Assembly (NCBI GenBank): GCA_965279515.1
Contig: CBDIID010000003.1
Location: 4,768,001 to 4,832,000 of the forward strand
Direction: 5' to 3'
Source: Turneriella sp.
Lineage (GTDB): Bacteria > Spirochaetota > Leptospiria > Turneriellales > Turneriellaceae
Length of the DNA stretch: 64,000 bases
Of the stretch, positions 1 through 9,074 are shown in pieces. Positions within the stretch are counted from its first letter, which is position 1, and the number at the start of each line of letters is the position of its first letter. Made by a program: the position numbers and the translations under genes. The notes beneath the pieces are model-generated. The model was not told where the DNA came from. It made no database searches and saw nothing but the letters and a program-made list of their open reading frames with translations.

Positions 1-451
1 GTAGCCCGGGAATCTTCACCAGGTCATCGCCGCGCACGGTGCCGCGGCATAACTTTGTACCACAACGGCATTTGAGCTCAAAATCGGAGCGGGATTCGCT
101 GGTGGCATAGTCGTAGGTAATTTCTTCTTCCGGTAAAATACTGCGTAGCGCAGTCATCGAACCATCTGCCTCGAACCAGGTGTTGGGATCACAACTGTGG
201 TTCATATAGTCGGCGTCGTCGCCGGCCTTGCCGTTGGGTGAGCCATAGAACTGGTCGGGACCGACCTGGTAACAATAATTGTAAAAATTCTTTTTTTGTT
301 CTGCGGGCAGCGCATCGATTTCGGCCTGCGTATAGTACTTCTCATCCGGCTCTTTGCGCCAGATAAAATCCCCCTGGTTGATTGGCCCCTTAGCAAACAA
401 CCCGCGGCCGTGGGTATCGCTGCCGCGAACTTCGATGTTGGGATTAAGCAT
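1..451 (-). CDS. SET-domain protein-lysine methyltransferase (3' end runs off the window)
   Basis: Not in ORF track. Manual translation from ATG at 451: MLNPNIEVRGSDTHGRGLFAKGPI...YMNHSCDPN...EEITYDY...CRCGTKLCRG, containing the GxGxFA, NHSCxPN, E[L/I]TYDY and post-SET CxCxxxxC motifs. Confidence 0.9.
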   Translation of the reverse strand, partial: MLNPNIEVRGSDTHGRGLFAKGPINQGDFIWRKEPDEKYYTQAEIDALPAEQKKNFYNYCYQVGPDQFYGSPNGKAGDDADYMNHSCDPNTWFEADGSMTALRSILPEEEITYDYATSESRSDFELKCRCGTKLCRGTVRGDDLVKIPGL

Positions 452-500
452 GGTTCAGGGATGAACCGAGTATAGCGCTGACACGGAGGTAATCCATGCG

Positions 501-1097
501 CTACGCATGCGCGACGCGCATTGTTTCGTTGCGGTGCTGCATTTCGACGGTGTGAAAGAGATCGTAAGGATTCGCCATGCCGGCCGAGCGGATGACGAAA
601 TCGGGCACCATGCCGAGTTGAATATACTTTTGCTGCAGCGGCGCCGGGATATACTTGAAATCGCGCACGCGTGAACGGCAAGAAGGAACGCCGCAGGCGC
701 AGTCCATTTCCCAGTGCTCTTCAGCCATCGATGTCGAGTAGTCGAAAGTGATTTCCTGCTCTACAGCGATGGTATTGACGGCGACTAAGAATGCCTTACC
801 TTTGTGGATTTTCAGTGCCGCGTTGGGTTCGCAGCAGTGATTGACGAAGTTGTCTGGCGATGTCGTCGGGCCGAGAAACATATCTTCACCTATTTGCATG
901 TAATGGCATTTTTCGGGATTAACCTTGCTCAGGTATTCCTTGCGGGTGTAGATTCTGCCGCGAAACTGCAAAATCTTCTCACCGGGTTTGAATTCTTTTT
1001 TGGCGAAAACACCTTTCCCGAACCGGGTAGGTCGAACCTCCAGCGGAGGTTCGCCGGTCGCCGCGGTGGCGGGGGCCGGAGTAGTTGTGGTCGTCAT
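501..1097 (-). CDS. SET-domain protein-lysine methyltransferase with post-SET zinc motif
   Basis: GKGVFA, VNHCCEPN, EITFDY, CACGVPSCR. Start moved to ATG 1097 (GAGG SD upstream); ORF track starts at 1142. Confidence 0.9.
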   Translation of the reverse strand: MTTTTTPAPATAATGEPPLEVRPTRFGKGVFAKKEFKPGEKILQFRGRIYTRKEYLSKVNPEKCHYMQIGEDMFLGPTTSPDNFVNHCCEPNAALKIHKGKAFLVAVNTIAVEQEITFDYSTSMAEEHWEMDCACGVPSCRSRVRDFKYIPAPLQQKYIQLGMVPDFVIRSAGMANPYDLFHTVEMQHRNETMRVAHA

Positions 1098-1208
1098 TTG
1101 ATCCTCGACATCTAAAAGTGTGTGTCGCCCTCCATAAACCAATCAATAGCACAAGTAAAAAAATTCTTTCGGACTTATCGCTCCTGCCCGCCGTGACGCT
1201 CGTCTGCC

Positions 1209-1799
1209 ATGAAAAAAATAACCGACAAGCCTGCATGGCAAGTTTACAAATGGCGTGACTCGAAGGAGCGTATCCTGATCGGGGCGACGGTCGCATTTTC
1301 GCGCAAGGGGTTTTACGGCACATCGGTGCGCGAGATTAGCCTCGAAGCGGGGCTCGAGCAGCCGAGCATCTACCACCACTTCGGCAGCAAGGAAAATCTC
1401 TACTGGTCTTGCCTGCGGGCGACACACCTCTTCATGATCCGCAACCTGCGGCGCCGCATGGCGCGGCAGGCAACGCTCGAGGGGGAGATCCGGCAGATGT
1501 TCCGTGCCGTCGGCTGGTTCCACGGCGAATACCCCGAATTTTTCGCGCTGATGTTTTCGCTCGTCTATTCATCCCCCGAAGAAATTGGTGATCGTTACAC
1601 GAGCCTCTATGGCGGGGATATTTTTGAATTTGTCGCGCGGGCCTTCGAGCGCCACCCGCCTAAAACCGGGCGTCTTGAGAAATATTCGCTGACTGTGCAT
1701 ACGCTTTACAGCCATATTCTCTCATATTCGGGTACCCGGCCCAAGAATCTGCATATTTCGTATTTTCAGGCGCTGAGAAAGCTTTTCCGGGCCTTGTAG
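1209..1799 (+). CDS. TetR/AcrR family transcriptional regulator
   Basis: N-terminal HTH: FSRKGFYGTSVREISLEAGLEQPSIYHHFGSKENL. Confidence 0.9.
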   Translation: MKKITDKPAWQVYKWRDSKERILIGATVAFSRKGFYGTSVREISLEAGLEQPSIYHHFGSKENLYWSCLRATHLFMIRNLRRRMARQATLEGEIRQMFRAVGWFHGEYPEFFALMFSLVYSSPEEIGDRYTSLYGGDIFEFVARAFERHPPKTGRLEKYSLTVHTLYSHILSYSGTRPKNLHISYFQALRKLFRAL

Positions 1800-1808
1800 G
1801 CCGTTGTT

Positions 1809-2390
1809 TTACGCGGCTCTATGTAACAAATCCCAGATTTGCATGGGTGAGAGCCCGGCTTTGGAAATAATCTCTGTACTTTGTGAATATTCCAGCCCGT
1901 GCTGGTCATTCTCTCGCGTACGGCATAGGTAGTTAATGAAAAAGTCTGGATATTGCTTCCTGCCTCGATACCGCCCCATCCAGTAACGCGCATTCTGGGG
2001 CAAAGTCATACCAGGCTCTGCATCACAAAGCAAGCTCTCCAACAACTGTGGCAAATAGACACGGATCGCCACATCAAGCATACGTGAAATTGATTCACCC
2101 GAATGCAGCGCACGCTGCCAAAGCGCGGCATAGAGTACCTGATTGATATAGAGCGGGTGGACTTCAAAGTCTTTACCCCCAGCATTGTAACGCCGCAAAC
2201 CGTTGGTTTTCCTGCCACGGCCACGCCAATTCTTCAAAAACAGTTTAAACAGACAGCGGTAAATCTCCTGCTCAGAATAGCGAATACCATTGCGAGCGAA
2301 AATCTTACGAGCCGCACATAAGCGACGGTACGACGTGCGGGGCAGTGACACGGATGTCTTTCTATGGTGTAGCGGATGGATGTATTTCAT
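1809..2390 (-). CDS. DUF1564-like hypothetical protein, paralog 1
   Basis: 193-aa basic ORF, clearly paralogous to 25959..26519. Family resemblance judged by eye. Confidence 0.6.
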   Translation of the reverse strand: MKYIHPLHHRKTSVSLPRTSYRRLCAARKIFARNGIRYSEQEIYRCLFKLFLKNWRGRGRKTNGLRRYNAGGKDFEVHPLYINQVLYAALWQRALHSGESISRMLDVAIRVYLPQLLESLLCDAEPGMTLPQNARYWMGRYRGRKQYPDFFINYLCRTRENDQHGLEYSQSTEIISKAGLSPMQIWDLLHRAA

Positions 2391-2469
2391 GGAGCCTCTG
2401 CTAAGGAAATACCAGAAAGCGCGGTTTTTTTCTCAGGGAGCCAGGCTTACCTTAAATACGGGTAGGCTG

Positions 2470-2485
2470 TGTAGCAATTGCTACA
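2470..2485. promoter_or_regulatory. Perfect 16-bp palindrome TGTAGCAATTGCTACA, candidate operator
   Basis: Exact inverted repeat in a divergent intergenic region, just upstream of TTGACG (2493). Confidence 0.6.
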
Positions 2486-2528
2486 GAAAAAGTTGACGCT
2501 CAGTTCGTTTTTTTGCAAGTTAGCTCAA

Positions 2529-3347
2529 ATGCAAGTTCGTATCAACAAACAAAAATTCGATGCCGGAGTTCCCTCGCACTGGAGCGCGGCGTCGGCGCTG
2601 CAGAGCCATGTACTGAATACGCTGAGCCTCATGTTTCCCGACGGTGAGCGTTTTTTCGTGCGTTCGGTGAAATATTTTTCAGATCGTGCGACCGACGACA
2701 AGATGCGCGCGGAAGTGAAGGCGTTTATCGGCCAGGAGATGCAGCACGGCGCCGCGCATGACCGTTTCAACGCGGCTATCCGCCCTGCGCTCGCCGACAG
2801 TTCGTGGTTTATGTACCTCTTCACGGTACCGACCTTCCAGGGGCTCGAGCCCTGGGTGCACGGGCTCGACTTCGGTATGGAGTTCGGCCGCGTCGGCGCC
2901 CTCGCCGTGACGGCCGCTGCCGAGAATATGACTGCCGGCTTTGCCAACATGGTGTTTGAAGACAAAGACCTGCAGACGGCGGTACGCGAAGACATCCGCG
3001 ATCTTTTCATGTGGCATGCGGCCGAAGAAATCGAGCACCGCGATCTCGCCTTCGATCTGTTAAAAAAGGTCAATGACGCGTATTGGGTGCGGATGTTCGG
3101 CGCGAGCGTGGCCTATGCGATTATTTTCGGTTATGTGGTCATGGGCACAGCATGGTTTATGCTGAACGACAAGAATTATCCCTGGGCAAAGTTGCCGGCC
3201 GACCTGGTAAAAATTTTCACCGACAAATTCGGTTTGGGCAAAATCTTCGTCGAAGGTTTTATCGACTATGCGCGCGCGGATTTCCACCCGTCCGATGCGC
3301 CGGCGCACCCGATGGCGGCTGACTACCTGGCGAAAATGGCGTCCTGA
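2529..3347 (+). CDS. Predicted metal-dependent hydrolase (ferritin-like di-metal family)
   Basis: FPDGERFFVRSV, FIGQEMQHGAAH, WHAAEEIEHR motifs. Start taken at ATG 2529. Confidence 0.85.
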   Translation: MQVRINKQKFDAGVPSHWSAASALQSHVLNTLSLMFPDGERFFVRSVKYFSDRATDDKMRAEVKAFIGQEMQHGAAHDRFNAAIRPALADSSWFMYLFTVPTFQGLEPWVHGLDFGMEFGRVGALAVTAAAENMTAGFANMVFEDKDLQTAVREDIRDLFMWHAAEEIEHRDLAFDLLKKVNDAYWVRMFGASVAYAIIFGYVVMGTAWFMLNDKNYPWAKLPADLVKIFTDKFGLGKIFVEGFIDYARADFHPSDAPAHPMAADYLAKMAS

Positions 3348-3363
3348 GGGACGCCAGCAGGCG

Positions 3364-5571
3364 CTAAGCCGCGCCTTCGGTATTTGTCGTGTCGCCGCCT
3401 GAATCCCCACCGGAATCTTCGGCGGTCTCTTCAATGATGTGTTTGCAGTCCTGGTTCTGGCAGGTGAGCGTGATGCCGGTTTTTCTCACCTTCTGGCCCA
3501 TGATCGAATTACATTTAGGGCAGGTGCGCTTCGCCGGCGTTTCCAGCATCGTGAATTCACACTGTGTCGTGGCATAGTTCGCGCAGCCGAAAAATCCCCG
3601 GCCCTTTTTGCCTTTCTTTTTGACGACATTGCCGCCGCAGAGCGGGCAGATGCCGAGCGGAATACTTTCTGAAAAACGGCAGCCGCCCTGGAAATTACTG
3701 CAACCGATGAAGTAGCCGTTCTTGCCGAGCTTCTGCATCAGCTCATTGCCGCACTTGGGGCATTCGCGGCCGAGCGGTATGCGCACCAGATGCGTCTGGT
3801 CGGCGATCTCGTTGCCCGCGCGCTCGACGGTGCCGTGGAAGGCGGGGTAAAAGTCCCCCAACATGGCTTGCCAGTTGTTTTGACCGGCGGCGATGCTGTC
3901 GAGCTTCTCTTCCATGTTCGCCGTAAATTTCAGGTCGACGATGTCGGGAAAATGCGCTGCCATGATGTCGTTCACCACGCGGCCAAGTTTTGTCGGTATC
4001 AGCTGGCGGCCCTTGCGTTCGATATAGGCGCGTTTGTCGAGTGTACCCATCGTCGGCACATAGGTCGCGGGACGGCCGATGCCCGATTCTTCCATCGCCT
4101 TGATGAGCGAGGCTTCGGTGTAGCGCGGCGGCGGTTGGGTGAATTTCTGCTGCTTATTGAACTGGATGAGCTTCAAGGCATCGCCTTCGTTGAAGTTCGG
4201 CACATAGCCGACCTTATCTTCACCCAGGGGATAGATGGCACGGAAGCCGGGAAAAATCTGGCGCGAACTCGAATAGCGGAACGTGAACTCGGCGTCCTTA
4301 TCCTGAACTTCGAGTGTCACAAGCTCATCGACGCCGGCAGACATCTGCGAGGCGACAAAGCGGCGCCAGATCAGCGCGTAGAGGCGGTACTGGTCGCGGT
4401 CGAGAAATTTTTCGACGCTCTCGGGAGTGCGTGTCACGTCGGTGGGGCGTATCGCTTCGTGGGCATCCTGCGTGTTCTCGGCTTTTTTGCTGTAAGTCAC
4501 GGCGGCTTCAGGTAAGTAGGATGGCTCAAAGTTCTGCGCAATATAACCGCGCGCCTGCTCGAGCCCGGTGGCAGAGATACGGGTTGAATCCGTACGCATG
4601 TATGTGATGAGACCTTGTGAACCTTCTTTACCGAGTTCGACGCCTTCATAGAGACCCTGCGCGATCGACATGGTCTTCTGCGCACGGAAGCCGAGGCGCG
4701 TCGAAGCGTCCTGCTGCAGCCGGCTCGTGATATAGGGGGCAAGGGGCTTTATGCGCCGTTCGGATGTCTTGCGTGAGACAAGTGTGTAGGCCGCAGCGCG
4801 AATTTTTTCCTCATACGCGGTGGCGTCATCCTTGTTATTGACCGCGACCTTTTTGCCGGCGATCTGTGCGAGACGGAAGGCGGTCTCCTTGTCTTTGGTT
4901 TTAGCGCCTTCGTTTGCGAAAAAACCGTCAAATTCCCAGAATTCTTCGGCGACAAATTTCTCAATTTCAATTTCACGGTCGCAGAGAATTTTTAGCGCCG
5001 CCGATTGCACGCGGCCGGCGGAGAAGCGGCGCGAACCGAATTTTTTCTGCAGTACCGGTGAGATTTCATAACCGACGAGGCGGTCTAAAATACGGCGCGC
5101 CTGCTGTGAATTGACGCGTTCCATATCAATCGCGCGCGGATGCTCAACCGCTTTCAGGACAGCGTCTTTTGTGATCTCGTTAAATTCAATGCGGCTGATT
5201 TTCGGGCAGACTTCGGCGAGGGCCCGGCCCAGGTGCCAGCTGATCGCTTCGCCTTCGCGGTCGGGGTCGGTGGCGAGCAGCACTTCGGAAGAATTTTTCG
5301 CCGCCTTTCTGAGCTCCCCCAGGGTCTTACCTTTGCCGCGGATGGTGATATAAAGAGGGCGAAAATTGTCCTGGATATCTATGCCCATGCTCGAGCGGGG
5401 CAGGTCGATGAGGTGACCCTTCGAAGATTCGACGCGGAACTTACCGCCGAGAAATTTGCCGATCGATTTTGTTTTGGCCGGGGATTCGACGATTACCAGT
5501 GCCGTCTTCTTGGCGCGCGCCGATTTTTTCGCGGGCGATTTCGGCTTTTTCGGATTTTCCGTCTCAGACAT
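3364..5571 (-). CDS. topA: DNA topoisomerase I
   Basis: LVIVESPAK, ATDPDREGEAI, SAGRVQS, LITYMRTDS and C-terminal zinc ribbons. Confidence 0.98.
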   Translation of the reverse strand: MSETENPKKPKSPAKKSARAKKTALVIVESPAKTKSIGKFLGGKFRVESSKGHLIDLPRSSMGIDIQDNFRPLYITIRGKGKTLGELRKAAKNSSEVLLATDPDREGEAISWHLGRALAEVCPKISRIEFNEITKDAVLKAVEHPRAIDMERVNSQQARRILDRLVGYEISPVLQKKFGSRRFSAGRVQSAALKILCDREIEIEKFVAEEFWEFDGFFANEGAKTKDKETAFRLAQIAGKKVAVNNKDDATAYEEKIRAAAYTLVSRKTSERRIKPLAPYITSRLQQDASTRLGFRAQKTMSIAQGLYEGVELGKEGSQGLITYMRTDSTRISATGLEQARGYIAQNFEPSYLPEAAVTYSKKAENTQDAHEAIRPTDVTRTPESVEKFLDRDQYRLYALIWRRFVASQMSAGVDELVTLEVQDKDAEFTFRYSSSRQIFPGFRAIYPLGEDKVGYVPNFNEGDALKLIQFNKQQKFTQPPPRYTEASLIKAMEESGIGRPATYVPTMGTLDKRAYIERKGRQLIPTKLGRVVNDIMAAHFPDIVDLKFTANMEEKLDSIAAGQNNWQAMLGDFYPAFHGTVERAGNEIADQTHLVRIPLGRECPKCGNELMQKLGKNGYFIGCSNFQGGCRFSESIPLGICPLCGGNVVKKKGKKGRGFFGCANYATTQCEFTMLETPAKRTCPKCNSIMGQKVRKTGITLTCQNQDCKHIIEETAEDSGGDSGGDTTNTEGAA

Positions 5572-6519
5572 TTATTTGGGCTCCCAGGGAACAAATTTCA
5601 CCAAGGCGCCCGATTTGTTTTTGAAAACAAGGCGTCGCCCATTTTCATCATCTGCGCCGATGCGGGCCGCAAGTTTCTCCTGTATCAGATAGGTGCGCGC
5701 CGGTGTGCGTGTCAAAAACTGGAATACGCTGCGCAGAATTTCGATGGGGATCAGTGTGTGTTGTTTGAGTTCGACAAGGAGCGCCGTGAGGCGCAGCGAG
5801 CCGCGATTTGTTTCGAGAAATTCGCGGTTTTTGATCAGTATTTTGCCGAAGACCTCGGGTGTCGTGGCAATGCGTATGCGGTTAGGCAAAGTTTCTGCAT
5901 AATACGAAAGCGAACGTGAAACGGCAAGGCGGCGTATAAAATTTTGTACGTTTTTACCTGCGGCGGCGTCGTGCTCCAGTGCAACGATACAGATACCGCT
6001 CTCGCGCCGCCGTGCTCTCATCAAAAGCAGCCACACGACGAGCGCGGCGGCCATGAGAGCGCAGGATACCAGGATGAAGAATTCAATCCAGCGGCTTTTG
6101 CCCGGGGCTGGCAGGGTGGTGAAGGTGGCGTAAAAAGCCCCCTGGCCCCCCAGCTCTTTTTCATGGCAGATTTTACACGATTCAGGTGCAGAAACTTTTT
6201 CCGAATAGACGTTGGTATCTGCATTGGGTATAAAAGAAAGTTTCACAGCGAGGCAATCCGGCTCATGATTTTCACAGCGCAGTGCCCGTTTCCATTGCCA
6301 GGCATCGACACCTGAAAGTTTGAGCGTCGTGATGGCCTTGATGCGCTCTGATGCGCGGCTGATGAGCTGGCGCTCGTCCTGGCGCCCGGTATGGAAACTC
6401 CATGCTATGATGCCGGCGATGGCGGCGAAGGCGAGTGGTGTTAAGAGAATCGCGCGCAGCGAATAGAGCGAGGGCCAGAGCAGAAGGGAGAATTTTCCCC
6501 GGCGCACCGCTTCGTGCAC
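5572..6519 (-). CDS. Membrane protein with extracytoplasmic CxxCH motif and degenerate cyclase-like cytoplasmic domain
   Basis: Two hydrophobic segments flank CKICH; stop abuts the topA start (TAAATG). Confidence 0.6.
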   Translation of the reverse strand: MHEAVRRGKFSLLLWPSLYSLRAILLTPLAFAAIAGIIAWSFHTGRQDERQLISRASERIKAITTLKLSGVDAWQWKRALRCENHEPDCLAVKLSFIPNADTNVYSEKVSAPESCKICHEKELGGQGAFYATFTTLPAPGKSRWIEFFILVSCALMAAALVVWLLLMRARRRESGICIVALEHDAAAGKNVQNFIRRLAVSRSLSYYAETLPNRIRIATTPEVFGKILIKNREFLETNRGSLRLTALLVELKQHTLIPIEILRSVFQFLTRTPARTYLIQEKLAARIGADDENGRRLVFKNKSGALVKFVPWEPK

Positions 6520-6525
6520 CGGGAC

Positions 6526-7479
6526 TCAGTCCTCTTTATCCAGGAAGTCTTCGAGGTGGCGTTCTTTACCGTACTTCTGCAACTTTAGCAGAGTCAGCTT
6601 TTCGATTTGGCGTACGCGTTCTTTCGAGAGATTGAATTTTTTCCCTGCCTGGGTCAGCGACAGCATTCTTTTGCCGTTAAGACCAAATCTGTGCTCGATA
6701 ATTTCGCGTTCCGACGCGGTGAGTTCGCCGAGAATTTCAGAGATCGAATCGGAGAGGGCACCCTGCATCACCTGGTCTTCGGGTGAGATGTATTTGTCGT
6801 CTTTGACCTGGGAGATCTGGGTATTTTCAGAGTCGGCATTGGCCGGCACATCGAGCGAGACATAGTCAGATGAAATCTGCTTCAGCCAGCGCACTTCTGC
6901 TTCAGGCATGTCGAGGCGGTCGGCGATCTGCGTCAGCGTCGGCTCTTCGCCGAGTTCGTTCTCGAGGTCTTTTTGTATCGCGTCGATGCGCGCCACGTCA
7001 ATCGTGCGGTTCATCGGCAGGCGAATCATCGCCGCTTTTTGATTGATCGCGAGAATAATCGCCTGGCGTATCCACCACACCGCATAACTGATGAAGTGGT
7101 AGCCCATGTCGGGGTCGAAGCGCTCAGCCGCCTTGATAAGACCGAGGTTACCTTCGTTGATGAGGTCGAGTAAGCTGATACCGAACTTCTGGTATTTCTT
7201 TGCCACCTGTACCACGAAGCGCAGGTTCGAGGTGATGAGGCGTTCTTTTGCCTTCGCATCACCTGCAATTGCCGCGCGCGCGAGTTTATCTTCTTCTTCG
7301 CGTGTCAGAAGCGGTATTTTATTGATTTCTTCGAGGTACCACTGGATACTCGATTCGGTATAAGGATTTTTTGCGAGTGATTTATCTACAACCGGCTCTT
7401 CGCTCTTGAGTTCGATGTCGGGGCCGATCTCCGCGAGGCGGGTACGTTTTTTTACCTTCTTTTCTGTTGTCTCCGCCAC
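6526..7479 (-). CDS. Sigma-70 family RNA polymerase sigma factor (RpoD/RpoS-like, lacks region 1.1)
   Basis: YLEEINKIPLLTREEE, NLRFVVQVAKKY, DLINEGNLGLIKAAERFD, YAVWWIRQAI, SKERVRQIE. Confidence 0.93.
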   Translation of the reverse strand: MAETTEKKVKKRTRLAEIGPDIELKSEEPVVDKSLAKNPYTESSIQWYLEEINKIPLLTREEEDKLARAAIAGDAKAKERLITSNLRFVVQVAKKYQKFGISLLDLINEGNLGLIKAAERFDPDMGYHFISYAVWWIRQAIILAINQKAAMIRLPMNRTIDVARIDAIQKDLENELGEEPTLTQIADRLDMPEAEVRWLKQISSDYVSLDVPANADSENTQISQVKDDKYISPEDQVMQGALSDSISEILGELTASEREIIEHRFGLNGKRMLSLTQAGKKFNLSKERVRQIEKLTLLKLQKYGKERHLEDFLDKED

Positions 7480-7565
7480 GTAGGCCGGTGTCGGTATTTA
7501 AACGGGGGCGTAAACCATATGGCAAAAATTGCTGGATTTTCTGTGTCTCTGCGCTAGCAACGGCC

Positions 7566-9038
7566 ATGGTAAGAGTTCTGCTGCTTACAGCTTTGGCCTT
7601 ATTTTTCGCTGCAAATTGTGCCCAAAAGAGTAGCTCCGCCTCTTCGGCAAAACAAATTCAAATCGACGATGGCGGCGTCGCTGTTGCCGGTGGGCCTGTG
7701 GAATTTCTGGGCGACGGCCCCGTCTACCAGAACCTGTCTGTACCGCAGGATTTTTCTCTGCCGATGCCCACCCTCACAACCGGACAAGCCAACACCATTG
7801 ATCTCGGCCGCTGTTATATGGATTACCTGCCGGCGGCGACAAATCTTGACGCCGAGACACGGCGCCTCTGTGGTTTGCAGTTCACGCAGGTGCAGCTCGA
7901 ACTGCGCGCGCTGTTTCTTGACCTGGCTCTGCCCGATATCCGTGCATATTGCCATAATCATCTGGATGGCTGCAATCTTTCAGGCCAGGAATTTACCATT
8001 ACGGTCTCAGAACCCGTGATGCGCCGCGTGCAAAAACTTTTCGAATTTTACAAATATACCGGGCTCGAAGGCTATTTCCAGTACAATGGTTATCAGATTA
8101 AGAACGGTGCGAAAATTCCGTTCCGCATCGATGAATATGCCGAAACCTGCGTTGACAGGTTCGATTACCGTGCGGTGATCCGCACGCGCGTTATCGCTAC
8201 ATCGGGCGGTGAGGCGCAGGTGCGCGAGAATGCCGGCGATGTCGTCATCTACTGGGATAAAGACCGTAAGAATATCCTGATGGATTTCCGCACGTCGGTC
8301 GAGTTCTTCGGTTTCCGGATCAATATCCGCCGCACCTATGATTTTTCCGATCGCGCAACCGGAGTGCGTTATACCTCTTCGGTCAATTACTGGACGTTAT
8401 CAGACCAGGGGCCGATGCTCGCACAGGTGCATAACAACGCCGTCGTGGCAGAACCATGCAGTAATGCCAATCAGGTTTGTACCAAGGTGCGGCATATCGC
8501 GTCAGAACTTCTAGGGTATGATGGCGATCAAAATGGACTCAGCGGCGCCGAAGTGATTTCCGATGTGCTGCGTTTCAGCGAAGGTGTTATCGACGATCGG
8601 GGCGGCATTATCGACAGCTATCTGACAATTGCCGGCAACGGCAACCGGCAGCGGCTTGTCTTCAGCGGCACAACGGCGACAGATTTTATTTATTCCGCAA
8701 CTGCGGGCAGTGCGCTCACACTTGCCGTGGGTGATGCTGCCGCCGCGGCTGGCAATCCCTACCTGGTTGCCTATGCACGACCCGGTCGTTTGAACTTTTC
8801 GATGCGGGCGAACCTGAAGCAGGCCCAGGGATTACCATCGCGCGGCGCATTCTGGCTAACGCCAGCCAATGCCCGCGATGCCACCCGCCTCAGCGGTTTT
8901 GCCGTCTCTGGCGCCTCTGACAATCTCGTGTTGCGCTGGGGTGACGGCGGGCACGAGCAGGGCAGCTTTGCTTTCGGCGGCTTGCAGGCCTATCAGGAAA
9001 CCCCAAACGTCAGCGAGCAAAGCCATCCGCTGTTTTAG
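7566..9038 (+). CDS. Hypothetical lipoprotein
   Basis: MVRVLLLTALALFFAANC signal/lipobox followed by a Ser-rich tether; several Cys residues; no family recognised. Confidence 0.65.
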   Translation: MVRVLLLTALALFFAANCAQKSSSASSAKQIQIDDGGVAVAGGPVEFLGDGPVYQNLSVPQDFSLPMPTLTTGQANTIDLGRCYMDYLPAATNLDAETRRLCGLQFTQVQLELRALFLDLALPDIRAYCHNHLDGCNLSGQEFTITVSEPVMRRVQKLFEFYKYTGLEGYFQYNGYQIKNGAKIPFRIDEYAETCVDRFDYRAVIRTRVIATSGGEAQVRENAGDVVIYWDKDRKNILMDFRTSVEFFGFRINIRRTYDFSDRATGVRYTSSVNYWTLSDQGPMLAQVHNNAVVAEPCSNANQVCTKVRHIASELLGYDGDQNGLSGAEVISDVLRFSEGVIDDRGGIIDSYLTIAGNGNRQRLVFSGTTATDFIYSATAGSALTLAVGDAAAAAGNPYLVAYARPGRLNFSMRANLKQAQGLPSRGAFWLTPANARDATRLSGFAVSGASDNLVLRWGDGGHEQGSFAFGGLQAYQETPNVSEQSHPLF

Positions 9039-9074
9039 CAAAAGTGAACATTTGTACGCTTTTGTATCGACGGA

